Shown piece after piece: positions 19,138-29,659 of a stretch of DNA of 64,000 bases; position 1 is the stretch's first letter; the number at the start of each line of letters is the position of its first letter. Origin of the DNA: Dehalococcoidia bacterium (GTDB taxonomy: Bacteria > Chloroflexota > Dehalococcoidia > Bin125); NCBI GenBank assembly GCA_965211635.1, contig OZ242948.1:28645-92644 (forward strand). The letters are read 5' to 3'. Under the pieces are notes generated by a model. It was not told the origin of the DNA. It did no database searches and saw only the letters and a list, made by a program, of their open reading frames with translations. The position numbers and the translations under genes were made by a program.

Positions 19138-19677
19138 GTGCCCTTTGGACGCAGAGCATCAAGTCGCGGGAATCCCGGCGCGACCGGCAGTCAGTCGGAT
19201 CAGGACTGGTCGGACGCGCAGCGTCTGCGCTACTGGTGGCAAGCTGAGCGCAACCTGCTCCTAAAGTCGCTGGAAGCGGTCTCAGAGGACGCCGTCGACA
19301 CTCCCCTCGACGTTGGCGCCTGGACACCCAGGGGAATGGCCGCGCATCGCTTGTTCTGGGAAGCAGAAGAACGCGCCGCCATCGAAGAGCATCTGGGTGG
19401 CGTGTTTCCTTCGTTGCTCGACTTCCCTACCGACCGGATTGATTCGACCAACGCGGCCGCTGTTGAGTCGCTTGGCGAACGTCAGATGCCAGCACTGCTC
19501 CGAGCGCTGGCCGACTTGCGAACACGAACGGCCACATTGGTTGAGCGTGTCCAGGACGCCGATCTCAACGAACAGGGCAATCCCGCGCGCATCCTGCTAG
19601 GCGTCGCGCTGGAACACGACCGCGAGCATCGGAGAGCATTGGAAGCGCGATTCGGCGCGACGCGCAGCGACGATTGA
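19138..19677 (+). CDS. DinB-like four-helix-bundle protein
   Basis: AERNLLLKSLEAVSEDAVDTPLDVGAWTPRGMAAHRLFWE...LEHDREH resembles the DinB_2 family. The start codon is uncertain. Confidence 0.5.
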   Translation: MPFGRRASSRGNPGATGSQSDQDWSDAQRLRYWWQAERNLLLKSLEAVSEDAVDTPLDVGAWTPRGMAAHRLFWEAEERAAIEEHLGGVFPSLLDFPTDRIDSTNAAAVESLGERQMPALLRALADLRTRTATLVERVQDADLNEQGNPARILLGVALEHDREHRRALEARFGATRSDD

Positions 19678-19711
19678 TCTGAGCCGACCAGACGAGAGCG
19701 ATGGGAGCGAC

Positions 19712-20524
19712 ATGGCACTCACGAGGATTCACCACATCGGCATCGCGGTACACGACGTGGACAAGGCAGCCGAGCTGTGGCGCGATACCTTCGGTCTCGA
19801 AACCGCGATCGACATGGAGATTGAGTCGCAGGGCGTGCGAGGCGTGATCTTTCCGCTCGACAACTGCGAGATCGAGCTGCTTGAGCCAACCCGCGACGAC
19901 ACCGGTTTTGCGCGGAATCTGGAATCGCACGGCGAAGGGTTCCACCACATCTGCTTGGAGTCGACCGATGTCGCCGGCGACCTGATCGCCGCCAAGGCGA
20001 GCGGGATGCAGATGATCGACGAAGAGCCGCGCGAGGGCTTGGCCGGCATGATCGGCTTCATTCACCCGCGATCCAATCACGGCGTGCTGATCGAGTACGC
20101 TCAGCCGCCCGACCACACGCCGCACCATTCGGGTCCTACTTCGGGTCCGGGGCCGCACGCGATGCACCACGTGACGGTGGCCGTGAATGAGATCGCCCCC
20201 GTGCGGGACAAGTGGACAGAGCGCTACGGCATGGTCGGCCGCGAGCCGTTTCAGGCCGAGGCGCTGGGTCTGGAGGGTCAGTTCCTCGACCTTGGACCAA
20301 CCGCGATCGAGTTGGTACGCCCGCTGCCGGACAGCGAGGGTCCGTTGCCGCGCAAGCTGGAGCGGGGCGAGGGCATGTTCATGATGGCGCTGACGGTGCG
20401 CGACGCGGAGAAGTCCGTGACCTACCTGCGCGACCAGGGCATGACCGTCACCGACGCCAACACAGGAGCCTTCATCTCCCCGCGCAACACGAACCGAGCC
20501 CGCCTCCGCCTGTCGGAGGCGTAA
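19712..20524 (+). CDS. methylmalonyl-CoA epimerase with duplicated VOC domain
   Basis: 270 aa. Domain 1 reads IHHIGIAVHDVDKAAELWRDTFGLE...GFHHICLE...IHPRSNHGVLIEYAQ. Domain 2 reads MHHVTVAVNEIAPVRDKWTERYGMV...MALTVRDAEKSVTYL. Confidence 0.8.
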   Translation: MALTRIHHIGIAVHDVDKAAELWRDTFGLETAIDMEIESQGVRGVIFPLDNCEIELLEPTRDDTGFARNLESHGEGFHHICLESTDVAGDLIAAKASGMQMIDEEPREGLAGMIGFIHPRSNHGVLIEYAQPPDHTPHHSGPTSGPGPHAMHHVTVAVNEIAPVRDKWTERYGMVGREPFQAEALGLEGQFLDLGPTAIELVRPLPDSEGPLPRKLERGEGMFMMALTVRDAEKSVTYLRDQGMTVTDANTGAFISPRNTNRARLRLSEA

Positions 20525-20541
20525 GTGCATTGGTTGGTCGC

Positions 20542-22798
20542 CTAGCCAAACTGCGCTTGCACGAACACGGCCGCCTCTTGCGCGGATAGCTCACGAGTTG
20601 AGTGTCCTGTGCGCACGTACAAGCGGCCGTGCTTATCGAAGATGGGCTTGTTTGAGGGATCACAGCGCACCGCCAAGACGCGCTTCGCCCCGAAGTCCTC
20701 AAAGTTGGCATGGACATTCGCCCAAATCACGGCGCTCAGCCGGTCGTTTAGGAGGTTGGTCAAGTGGAGGTTCATCTTGTCTTCGGACTCAAACTCGTCG
20801 TGCTCGATTCCAATCGGGGTGCCATCATCCTGGACCCCGATCACTAGTGAACCCCCCTTCAGGTTGAGGAAGCCAGCAACGGTCTTGACGATCGCGTCTT
20901 CCATTCGTGCGTCCTTCGACCCGTTGTGCAGGTTCATTCGCAGCGTGGACTTGAACTCCACATCGTCGCTCTCGCCACCGGCGATCAACGCGGAGATGTC
21001 AAGCGCCGCGGGACTAGCAGCGACACTGGGTTGCTGTAAGCCAATCCGCTCGAATCCGAGCCTGATCAGCTCGGCCATACGTTGACGCCGCTCCCTTAGG
21101 AAATCCTCGTAGGCCATGGTTTGCCAGCCTGCGGGCAGGGCGTGAAGCTCGTACATTTTCTCAATCGAGGCATCCGAGTGCCCGGACTCTCTCATTGCTC
21201 TGTCGAACGCCGGCAAGTACTCCTCGGGGGATCTCGCGCCAATCTTGAGATTGTCTGTCCACTCGACATAGGCGTAGTTGGCTATCTGGTTCGTCGCGGT
21301 GCGGGCCGTCACGCCTTGCTTGGCCAGATACGCCTTCGAAAAGATGATGCCGCTCGATCGACTTGGCCGGATTGACGAACGGATCGAACCAGTCTGAGAT
21401 GTTCGTATCGGAGAAGAGGACTGGCGCCTGCAGCAGCACTTGGGCAGCGTGATAGGCCGTCAGTGACGGGCTTCGTGCCGTGGACGTCGCAAGCTCGTTG
21501 GGAAGCGTGACAGACCAGAAGTCACTGGTCAGGGCGATGTCACAGGCGCTCTGAAGTGTGGCCAAGAAGCTCGCGGCAGTGTCGGCGGAGCGGATCATTG
21601 CCAAGTCGGACTCCATCGCCGACTCTGGCGAGCCGGTATAGCGCCCCGTTAGCGAGGACATGAAGAACCACTGTGCAATGGCCGTCCGGAGTGGTTTCGC
21701 TTGGACCTTCAGCTCCGTGCGACCGATCAGGTACAGCGTGTACGCGAAGAACAGGGCAGTCTCGGAGTTGACCATTCGCCTGTTCCGGTAGCCCGCCCGG
21801 GTCAGACATTGAAGGAAGTCATGCCAATGGGTGAGATTGAGAGCCCTCTCTTGCGCAGCCTGCAGTCGTTTGAACTGCTGATTGCGGAGATCGTCCGAGA
21901 ACTCCCCGGTGTCCGGATCTTTGCCTCGCAGGATCGAATAGACGTACTCCAGGCGAGCGCGGCGGAAGGCGAGACCCACTCCCACTCGCAGAAGGCGATC
22001 TGGCGTTGGCTCGATGAAGTGATTGAACGGGGAAGATTCTGTGGCGTCGGGCAGTTTCGAGCGCCGCGCAAACTCTTCGAGCGCGGTTCGTCCTTCGTCC
22101 CAGAAGACAGACATCAGAGTAAGGATGAAGTCGGCCTGATTGAGAGGCTTGCCCTTGCTGTTGATTCTGACGAAGACTTCTGCCACATGTTCCTCTTCGA
22201 CGTGGCTGGCGAGTTGCAGAGCCGTAACTGGGAAGTTCGAGAGGCCTTGCAGCCTTCCTAGCGCCTCCTCTACCGCCTCTCTCTCAGCGTCGGCCACGGA
22301 GCGAGCGCTCTCAAGGCGGGCAATGAAGCCACTAAAGGTGGCGATCAGATTCCGTTTGCCGCTCAGTAGTGGAGTGATGTCGGGAACAAACGAGCGGTCG
22401 TTATTCGTCGCGGCGCTGGCGACGTCGAAGCGGCCGTTCAAGGGGTTGAATGCGATGCGGATCCGTTCGCGCGAGAAGTCACTGCGAACCACCTCCTCAC
22501 CGGTGAAGACCGCAAACAGCGAGGTCAAGCGTTGCTGGCCATCGACGATCACCAGCGACGGGGCGACTTGTTTCTGCTCGCCGCCGATAGTGCGGTGGGT
22601 CGGTTCGACTCCTGTCTGCCAAAGCAAGAGGTAGCCGACGGGATAGCCTCTATACATCGAGTCCAGCAAATCGCGCACTTTGACGTTATTCCAGACGAAG
22701 GGCCGCTGGATGTCCGGAAGGCCGATGTGACCAGTTTTGATCTGCTCGAGTAGTCCGTTGAGAGTAAAGGTCACTTGCTGGAATACCGTTTGGTCCAT
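20542..22798 (-). pseudogene. frameshifted DUF262 (ParB/GmrSD-like) + HNH-like + AlbA_2 domain gene (about 750 aa if repaired)
   Basis: The likely start is ATG 22798 (MDQTVFQQ). DUF262 motifs are GLPDIQRPFVWN and VIVDGQQRLTSL. The frame breaks at the A4/T4 run 21338-21343: ...SIERHHLF reads in one frame and SKAYLAKQGVTARTATNQIANYAYVEWTDNLKIG in the next (ORF 20542-21312). The C-terminal AlbA_2-like segment is ESDDVEFKS...VAGFLNLKGGSLVIGVQDDGTPIGI. Confidence 0.75.
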
Positions 22799-22923
22799 TG
22801 GGCTTGCCTTACCAAGATGCTGATTCGCGATTCGATCCCGGCAGAGTCTATTGCCATAGTCGGGCAATCCTGTCGGTCGGACCCTCTAAGCTGGTGCCAA
22901 TCCACACTGGGTAAGGTGATGTG

Positions 22924-23349
22924 ATGACTGAGACCGCTGTTGACCAGATCCGCGTGCTGGTGGCGAAGCCGGGGCTGGATGGGCATGACCGGGGGGCGAA
23001 GATTGTCGCCCGGGCGCTGCGCGATGCGGGGATGGAAGTGATCTACACCGGCATCCGCCAGACGCCCGACATGATCGCCGAGGCGGCGCTGCAAGAGGAT
23101 GTGCACGTAGTGGCGCTGTCGGTGCTCTCCGGCGCGCACCTGGAGCTGTTTCCGCGCGTCGTCGATGCCTGCGGGCAGCGCGGGATTACGCCCGACAACA
23201 CGCTGTTCCTCGGCGGCGGCATCATTCCCGACGAGGACGCCGACGTGCTTAAGCAAGCCGGATTCTCGGCGATCTTCGGTCCCGGCGCGCACACCGGCGA
23301 CATCGCGGAGTTCGTGCGCGCCCAGGTGCCCGAACTCGACCGCTCGTGA
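22924..23349 (+). CDS. methylmalonyl-CoA mutase, small cobalamin-binding subunit
   Basis: [35 protein letters not shown] contains the DxHxxG B12-binding motif. AAGGTG lies 5 nt upstream of the ATG at 22924. The ORF track starts at GTG 22921. Confidence 0.9.
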   Translation: MTETAVDQIRVLVAKPGLDGHDRGAKIVARALRDAGMEVIYTGIRQTPDMIAEAALQEDVHVVALSVLSGAHLELFPRVVDACGQRGITPDNTLFLGGGIIPDEDADVLKQAGFSAIFGPGAHTGDIAEFVRAQVPELDRS

Positions 23350-24323
23350 CCACTGAAGCGGCAGCAGCTCCGCACACCGTATCAGCCGGAAGACTGGCCG
23401 AGCTGGAGGCGCGGCTGCTGTCCGGTGATCGACGCGCCTTGTCCCGCGTCCTGAGCTGGGTCGAGAGCGGCGACGAGCGAGGACGCGCGATGCTCCGCGC
23501 GCTCTATCCGCGCAGCGGCCGGGCGCGCACCATTGGCCTGACCGGCTCGCCCGGCGCGGGCAAGAGCACCGTCACCAATGAACTGGCCAAGTCGTTCCGC
23601 GCTCGAGGCCAGACCGTCGGCATAGTCGCCATCGACCCGTCGTCTCCTTACACGATGGGCGCGATCCTTGGCGATCGCGTACGCATGACCGAGCTCTACT
23701 CGGACGAAGGCGTGTTCATCCGCTCGCTCGCGTCGCGCGGGGCGTTGGGCGGACTCTCGGCGGCGACGCAAGATGTGGTCCACGTGCTCGACGCCTACGG
23801 CAAGGACGTGATCCTGATCGAGACCGTCGGCGCGGGACAGGACGAAGTCGACATCGCCGGCGCGGCGCAGACCACGATCCTGGTCAACACGCCCAACATG
23901 GGCGACGAGGTGCAGACGCTCAAGGCCGGCATCATGGAGATCGCCGACGTGCTCGCGGTCAACAAGTCCGACCTGCCCGGCGCCGACCGGATGGTCTCGG
24001 CGCTCAAGGCGCTGCTCTCGCTCAACCCCGATCGGGGGTGGGATCCTCCGGTCGTGCGAGTTGTCGGCACGAAAGGCGAGGGCATCGACAAGCTGACCGA
24101 GGCGTGCGACGCGCACTTCGAGGAGCTGCAGGCGTCGGGAAAGCTGGAGACAGCCGAATTGGAACGGGCGCGACAGCAAATCACCGCACTGGCACGGGCG
24201 AACGTGCTGAATTCGCTGCGCACCGAGTCGGGAGAGTTGCGCCTGGCCGAACTCACACAGGCAGTGGCCAACCGAACATCGGACCCGCACGCCGCCGCTG
24301 AAGCCTGGCTGGCGGAGTCGTGA
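23346..24323 (+). CDS. meaB: methylmalonyl-CoA mutase-associated GTPase MeaB (ArgK)
   Basis: 325 aa. The P-loop is [12 protein letters not shown], followed by ETVGAGQ and NKSD motifs. The GTGA start overlaps the preceding stop. Confidence 0.9.
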   Translation: MTTEAAAAPHTVSAGRLAELEARLLSGDRRALSRVLSWVESGDERGRAMLRALYPRSGRARTIGLTGSPGAGKSTVTNELAKSFRARGQTVGIVAIDPSSPYTMGAILGDRVRMTELYSDEGVFIRSLASRGALGGLSAATQDVVHVLDAYGKDVILIETVGAGQDEVDIAGAAQTTILVNTPNMGDEVQTLKAGIMEIADVLAVNKSDLPGADRMVSALKALLSLNPDRGWDPPVVRVVGTKGEGIDKLTEACDAHFEELQASGKLETAELERARQQITALARANVLNSLRTESGELRLAELTQAVANRTSDPHAAAEAWLAES

Positions 24324-24997
24324 GTCAGTCCGAACCGCGACAGCGCCTGCAGATTCGCTTTAGCGCCGACGGACCGCTCAAGTACGTGTCGCACCTGGAC
24401 CTGATGCGAGTCTGGGAACGGGTCTGCAAGCGAGCGGGGTTGCCGCTGGCTACCTCGCAGGGGTTTTCGCCGCGACCGAAGATCGCACTCGCCGCGCCGC
24501 TCGCGGTCGGCGTCACGTCGGAGGCAGAAGTCCTCGACCTGCTGCTGGTCGAGCGAGTCGAGCTCAGTTCCACCATGCGAGCGCTCTCGGCAGAACTGAC
24601 GCCGGGCCTGAGCATCCAGGAGATACATGAGTCCCCGCTCAAACAGCCCTCGCTGCAATCGATGCTCAAGGCTGCGAGCTACGACGTCGAGGTTGAGGAC
24701 TCGCGGTCTCTCGACGTGTGGCGAGCAGCCGTTCAGGAGCTTCTGGCGCAGGAGCGCATCCCCTGGAGCCACCAGCGAGGGAAAGAGACCAAGTCGTACG
24801 ACCTTCGCCGGCTGGTGTTCGGGATCAAGGTGACGGATGTCAGCAATGGCGTCGCCACACTGACGATGCGTTTGCGCAATGACGAGCAAGGCGCCGGACG
24901 ACCGGAACAGGTCGCCCTTGCTCTCGGCGCCCAGCAAGAACCGAGACGCATTCACCGCATTTCACTTGAACTCGCCCGGGAACGCGTGACGGCATGA
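24320..24997 (+). CDS. DUF2344 / radical-SAM-linked protein family
   Basis: RLQIRFSADGPLKYVSHLDLMRVWERVCKRAGLPLATSQGFSPRPKIALAAPLAVG is the family signature as I remember it. It has a 4-nt overlap with meaB. Confidence 0.7.
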   Translation: MSQSEPRQRLQIRFSADGPLKYVSHLDLMRVWERVCKRAGLPLATSQGFSPRPKIALAAPLAVGVTSEAEVLDLLLVERVELSSTMRALSAELTPGLSIQEIHESPLKQPSLQSMLKAASYDVEVEDSRSLDVWRAAVQELLAQERIPWSHQRGKETKSYDLRRLVFGIKVTDVSNGVATLTMRLRNDEQGAGRPEQVALALGAQQEPRRIHRISLELARERVTA

Positions 24998-25608
24998 ATC
25001 GAATCCTGATCGTGCGACACGTCGAGTCGGAAGCCAACCGGTCCGGCGTGGGGCTCGGTCACGCAGACTCTCCACCAACCGAACTCGGCATGCGGCAGAT
25101 TGAAGCGACTGTCGACGCGCTGCGAGACGAGCCGGTGGTTCGCGTACTGACAAGTCCGCTGTCCCGCGCCCGTCTGCTGGCTGAAGGAGTCGCTCAATCT
25201 CATGCGATTGAGGCTGAAACCTGTGACGGCTTGATCGAGCTTGACGTGGGGGAGTTGGAGGGCGTCGAATGGCCAATCGTTCGCGAACGCTTCGGCGAGT
25301 TTCTGCGCGACTGGCGCGGCGATGACTCCGTTCGTGTGCCGATGCCTGGCGGAGAGTCGCTGATCGATGTGCTTGAGCGCGCGCGACCTTTCTTTGACGA
25401 GCTGGCGCACGACCCATCCGCAGGAACGGGCGTGATCGTGACCCATAACTTCGTTGTCAAGATGCTGGTCGCGCACGCGCTTGAGATGCCGCCTCGTGCC
25501 TGGCGCCGGATAGATACCGGACTGGGGGGCATCACCGCGTTTCGGATCGCCGACGGCATTCCCGCAGTTGAACGGTTGAACGATCGGCATCACCTGCGCA
25601 ACACGTAG
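24994..25608 (+). CDS. histidine phosphatase family protein (phosphoglycerate mutase / CobC-like)
   Basis: MNRILIVRHVESEANRSG contains the RHG/E-type catalytic motif. Also ...VIVTHNFV. Confidence 0.8.
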   Translation: MNRILIVRHVESEANRSGVGLGHADSPPTELGMRQIEATVDALRDEPVVRVLTSPLSRARLLAEGVAQSHAIEAETCDGLIELDVGELEGVEWPIVRERFGEFLRDWRGDDSVRVPMPGGESLIDVLERARPFFDELAHDPSAGTGVIVTHNFVVKMLVAHALEMPPRAWRRIDTGLGGITAFRIADGIPAVERLNDRHHLRNT

Positions 25609-25657
25609 TCCCTCGTGGGGTGTAGAGTGCCGATGGCGGCGGCGCTGATCGCGCGGC

Positions 25658-26143
25658 ATGGACGACCCTGACAAGACGACTGGCGAGCAACCGGTCGCAG
25701 GCGCGCAGACCGCAGAGACGGCTGCAACGCCAGGCCGAACCCAACAGCGGGCCAATGCGGCGCCTTTGCGCAAAGCCGAGCAGGCGCCCGCTCCCTCAGC
25801 CCTGTCCTGGATCGTTCGCCGAGTCGCCTTCGTCGGTTCTCTGCTACTGGTTGGCTTCGTCGTCTTCAGCGGCGTCGAGGGACTCGTCCAGGCCAACAGC
25901 CTGGACGAGCGGATAGCGGAGACGCGGACCGAGATCATCGAGTTACGACGCGACGCGGACCAGCTCGCCGCGCTGATCGCGTGGCTGGATTCCGACGCCT
26001 ACATCGAGCGCATCGCGCGCGAGGATCTGGGTATGGTCCGGCCCGGCGAGGAAGCGTTCGCCGTCCACGCACCGGGCCGCGGCCAGCTTGAGGTCAGTCG
26101 CTCGCCCTGGTGGGCGAATCTGCTGCCTGAAGGCGTTGAGTAG
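25658..26143 (+). CDS. septum formation initiator family protein (FtsB/DivIC-like)
   Basis: A TM helix (VAFVGSLLLVGFVVF) is followed by a coiled coil and then SDAYIERIAREDLGMVRPGEEAF. Confidence 0.7.
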   Translation: MDDPDKTTGEQPVAGAQTAETAATPGRTQQRANAAPLRKAEQAPAPSALSWIVRRVAFVGSLLLVGFVVFSGVEGLVQANSLDERIAETRTEIIELRRDADQLAALIAWLDSDAYIERIAREDLGMVRPGEEAFAVHAPGRGQLEVSRSPWWANLLPEGVE

Positions 26144-26250
26144 GCGTCTTTGGCCCAACCGAAGGTCTTCACGCTTGGAGAGATGCTAAGCCAAGACCCG
26201 CTCCCCCTCACAGCGCCTGCTCCCGCGCAGGCGGGAAGGGAGCTGTCCCA

Positions 26251-26376
26251 TAGGAGACCTGCACGTAAGTCGTCGACCGCCAGTGTCCGGTAAGTGTTGC
26301 TGTTCGCTGACCGGTTAGGCGGATGGATTCCCGCCTGCGCGGGAATGACGGAATGTGGAGTTACGCACAGGTCTCC
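26251..26376. repeat. REP-like palindrome (26327-26346) embedded in an imperfect 16-bp inverted repeat
   Basis: The palindrome is attcccgc-ctgc-gcgggaat followed by gacggaatgtggag (compare 15219-15252). It is flanked by ggagacctgcacgtaa (26252) and ttacgcacaggtctcc (26361). Confidence 0.55.
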
Positions 26377-26539
26377 ATCGGGACTGAGGGGGTCCCACAG
26401 GCGTCCCGAGCAGATTGGGCTGTACGGGCGGAACCCCCTCCGCCTTCGGCACCTCCCCATGTAAGGGGGAGGGAAAGTGATTGCGCTCAACCCTACACAG
26501 AGCAGAAACTGAAAGCGCGACCGCACTGAGACAATCATC

Positions 26540-27589
26540 GTGACCTTGCCAACTGACCGCCGGATCCGCGAAGTCGGACGGACCGTGTCCCGCGCCCTGG
26601 TCGAGCGCGTCGGCCAGGGACTCGGCAAGCCGATGATCGTGGCTGTGTCGGGCGGAGCCGATTCATCGGCGCTGCTGTTGCTTCTGACCGACACGCAGTC
26701 CCGGCACGGTTGGCGAGTCCGAGCTGCGCACATCGATCATGGGATTCAGGATGACAGCGTTCGCCGGAGGTTCCGAGGACACACCCAGGCGCTTTCGGCA
26801 ATGGCCCATGTGCAACTCGACATTCGCGAAGTCGACGCAAGGGCAGAAGCTGCGTCGTCGTCCGAGGGGCTGGAAGCGGCAGCGCGACGCGTACGCTACG
26901 AGGCGCTCGTTGACGTGGCGCTGGAACGCGGGGCTGCGGTGGTCGCCGTGGCGCATACGCTGGACGACCAGGCGGAGACGGTCCTGCTGCACATGCTGCG
27001 AGGAGCGGGGCTCGATGGACTCAGCGGGATGCCGCAGTTCCGTCCCCTCGACGAGGGAGTCACGCTGGTTCGGCCCATGCTCGATGTGTCGCGCGCAGAG
27101 ACCGAGGCGGTCTGCCGCGCCTACGACTGGGAACCTGTTCACGATCCCGCCAACGACGACCTGGCCCACACGCGCAATCGAGTCAGGCGGTCGCTGTTGC
27201 CGGTCATGGAGGAGATCAATCCGCGCGTGTCGCAGCGGCTAGCGCAGCTCGCCCGTTCGCTGAGCGGGGATCGGGAGTTGCTTGAGTTGATCGGCCGGGA
27301 GACGCTTGGACAGATGCTGGGCCCGCAAGACAGTCGGCAAGAGGGTCGGCAGGACGGCCTTTCTCGGCGGACGTTCATGACCCTGCCGGGACCGCTCCAG
27401 GTTCGCGTAATCCGCGCGTTCTGCCAGGAGCGGGCAGTGGTGCTTTCAGCCGAGCGAACGGCGGCTGCCCTGCAAGTGATTCACACCGGGCACGGAGTGG
27501 TTGAGATGCCTGAGGGCTATCGACTCTCTGTGGCGCGCGGCACAGTCAGGCTGGAGGAGACTTGTCCACCGGCAGAACCGGCAGGTTGA
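26540..27589 (+). CDS. tilS: tRNA(Ile)-lysidine synthetase
   Basis: 349 aa. The PP-loop is MIVAVSGGADSSALLLLL, followed by AHIDHGIQ and VAHTLDDQAETVLLHMLRGAG. Confidence 0.85.
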   Translation: MTLPTDRRIREVGRTVSRALVERVGQGLGKPMIVAVSGGADSSALLLLLTDTQSRHGWRVRAAHIDHGIQDDSVRRRFRGHTQALSAMAHVQLDIREVDARAEAASSSEGLEAAARRVRYEALVDVALERGAAVVAVAHTLDDQAETVLLHMLRGAGLDGLSGMPQFRPLDEGVTLVRPMLDVSRAETEAVCRAYDWEPVHDPANDDLAHTRNRVRRSLLPVMEEINPRVSQRLAQLARSLSGDRELLELIGRETLGQMLGPQDSRQEGRQDGLSRRTFMTLPGPLQVRVIRAFCQERAVVLSAERTAAALQVIHTGHGVVEMPEGYRLSVARGTVRLEETCPPAEPAG

Positions 27590-27615
27590 CATCGCGTTTG
27601 GTGCCGGTCTACCCT
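27586..27615 (+). promoter_or_regulatory. candidate rRNA promoter overlapping the tilS stop codon
   Basis: TTGACA, an 18-nt spacer, then TACCCT. Pattern match only. Confidence 0.3.
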
Positions 27616-27683
27616 AGTGGTCTGCGCAAAAGCAGGGTGCGAGCATCGGCAAAGGCTTCGATGAGCGCGCTGCGGCTGGCAGG

Positions 27684-27694
27684 CCTTAACAATT
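27684..27694 (+). promoter_or_regulatory. boxA-like antitermination element in the 16S leader
   Basis: ccTTAACAATT resembles the rrn boxA core (gcTCTTTAACAA-TT), about 140 nt upstream of the 16S 5' end. Confidence 0.35.
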
Positions 27695-27829
27695 GGAGAG
27701 CGGAAGTCCAGTGTGCTTGGGGAGCCCCCCCAAGTCCGGACTCGCGCTGTGTTGACGCCTTCGGGCGGAGGGACGGCGGCGAAGTCCGAACAATCTCTAC
27801 CTTTGCAGCCGGCTGAGACCGGCTGATCC

Positions 27830-29329
<1,500 letters not shown>

Positions 29330-29578
29330 TAGGGAGAACTCCCCGCATCCCATGCGGGGTACGCCAACCGGCGATCCCATCGCCGATTGAGCTCCCAGGT
29401 CGATCCGCCAGTCCTCGTTCACTCGAGGACGCTTCAACGCCAACGCCCCTAACCCGGGTCGCGGCCGCGAGGTCAACGGCGTGTCCGGCTCCTCGATTGC
29501 ATTGGCTTCCGCTCTCCAACGGTTAAGGCCGCTCGCCGCCCTCAACATCAACGGGGCGGCGATGCCGTTATCTCTCCC

Positions 29579-29655
29579 GGGCCATTAGCTCAGCAGGTTA
29601 GAGCGCAGTCCTGATAAGACTGAGGTCCCTGGTTCGAGTCCAGGATGGCCCACCA
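29579..29655 (+). tRNA. tRNA-Ile (anticodon GAT)
   Basis: GGGCCATTAGCTCAGCAGGTTAGAGCGCAGTCCTGATAAGACTGAGGTCCCTGGTTCGAGTCCAGGATGGCCCACCA. The anticodon loop is CTGATAA. Confidence 0.93.
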
Positions 29656-29659
29656 GGGA

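Noticed and set aside
21161-21312. A genuine 152-nt overlap between two separate genes (ORFs 21161-22867 and 20542-21312).
   Set aside because: The tail of the upstream ORF after HHLF is junk-like (EGVSGQARRDGPHRDEPDSQ...). The downstream frame continues the conserved motif (SKAYLAKQG...NQIANY...N). The pattern fits a single frameshifted gene.
20505-22885. Target-site duplication flanking the DUF262 insertion (CCTGTCGG at about 20510 and about 22870).
   Set aside because: Only an 8-mer in a GC-rich genome, easily due to chance. No inverted repeats or recombinase gene accompany it.
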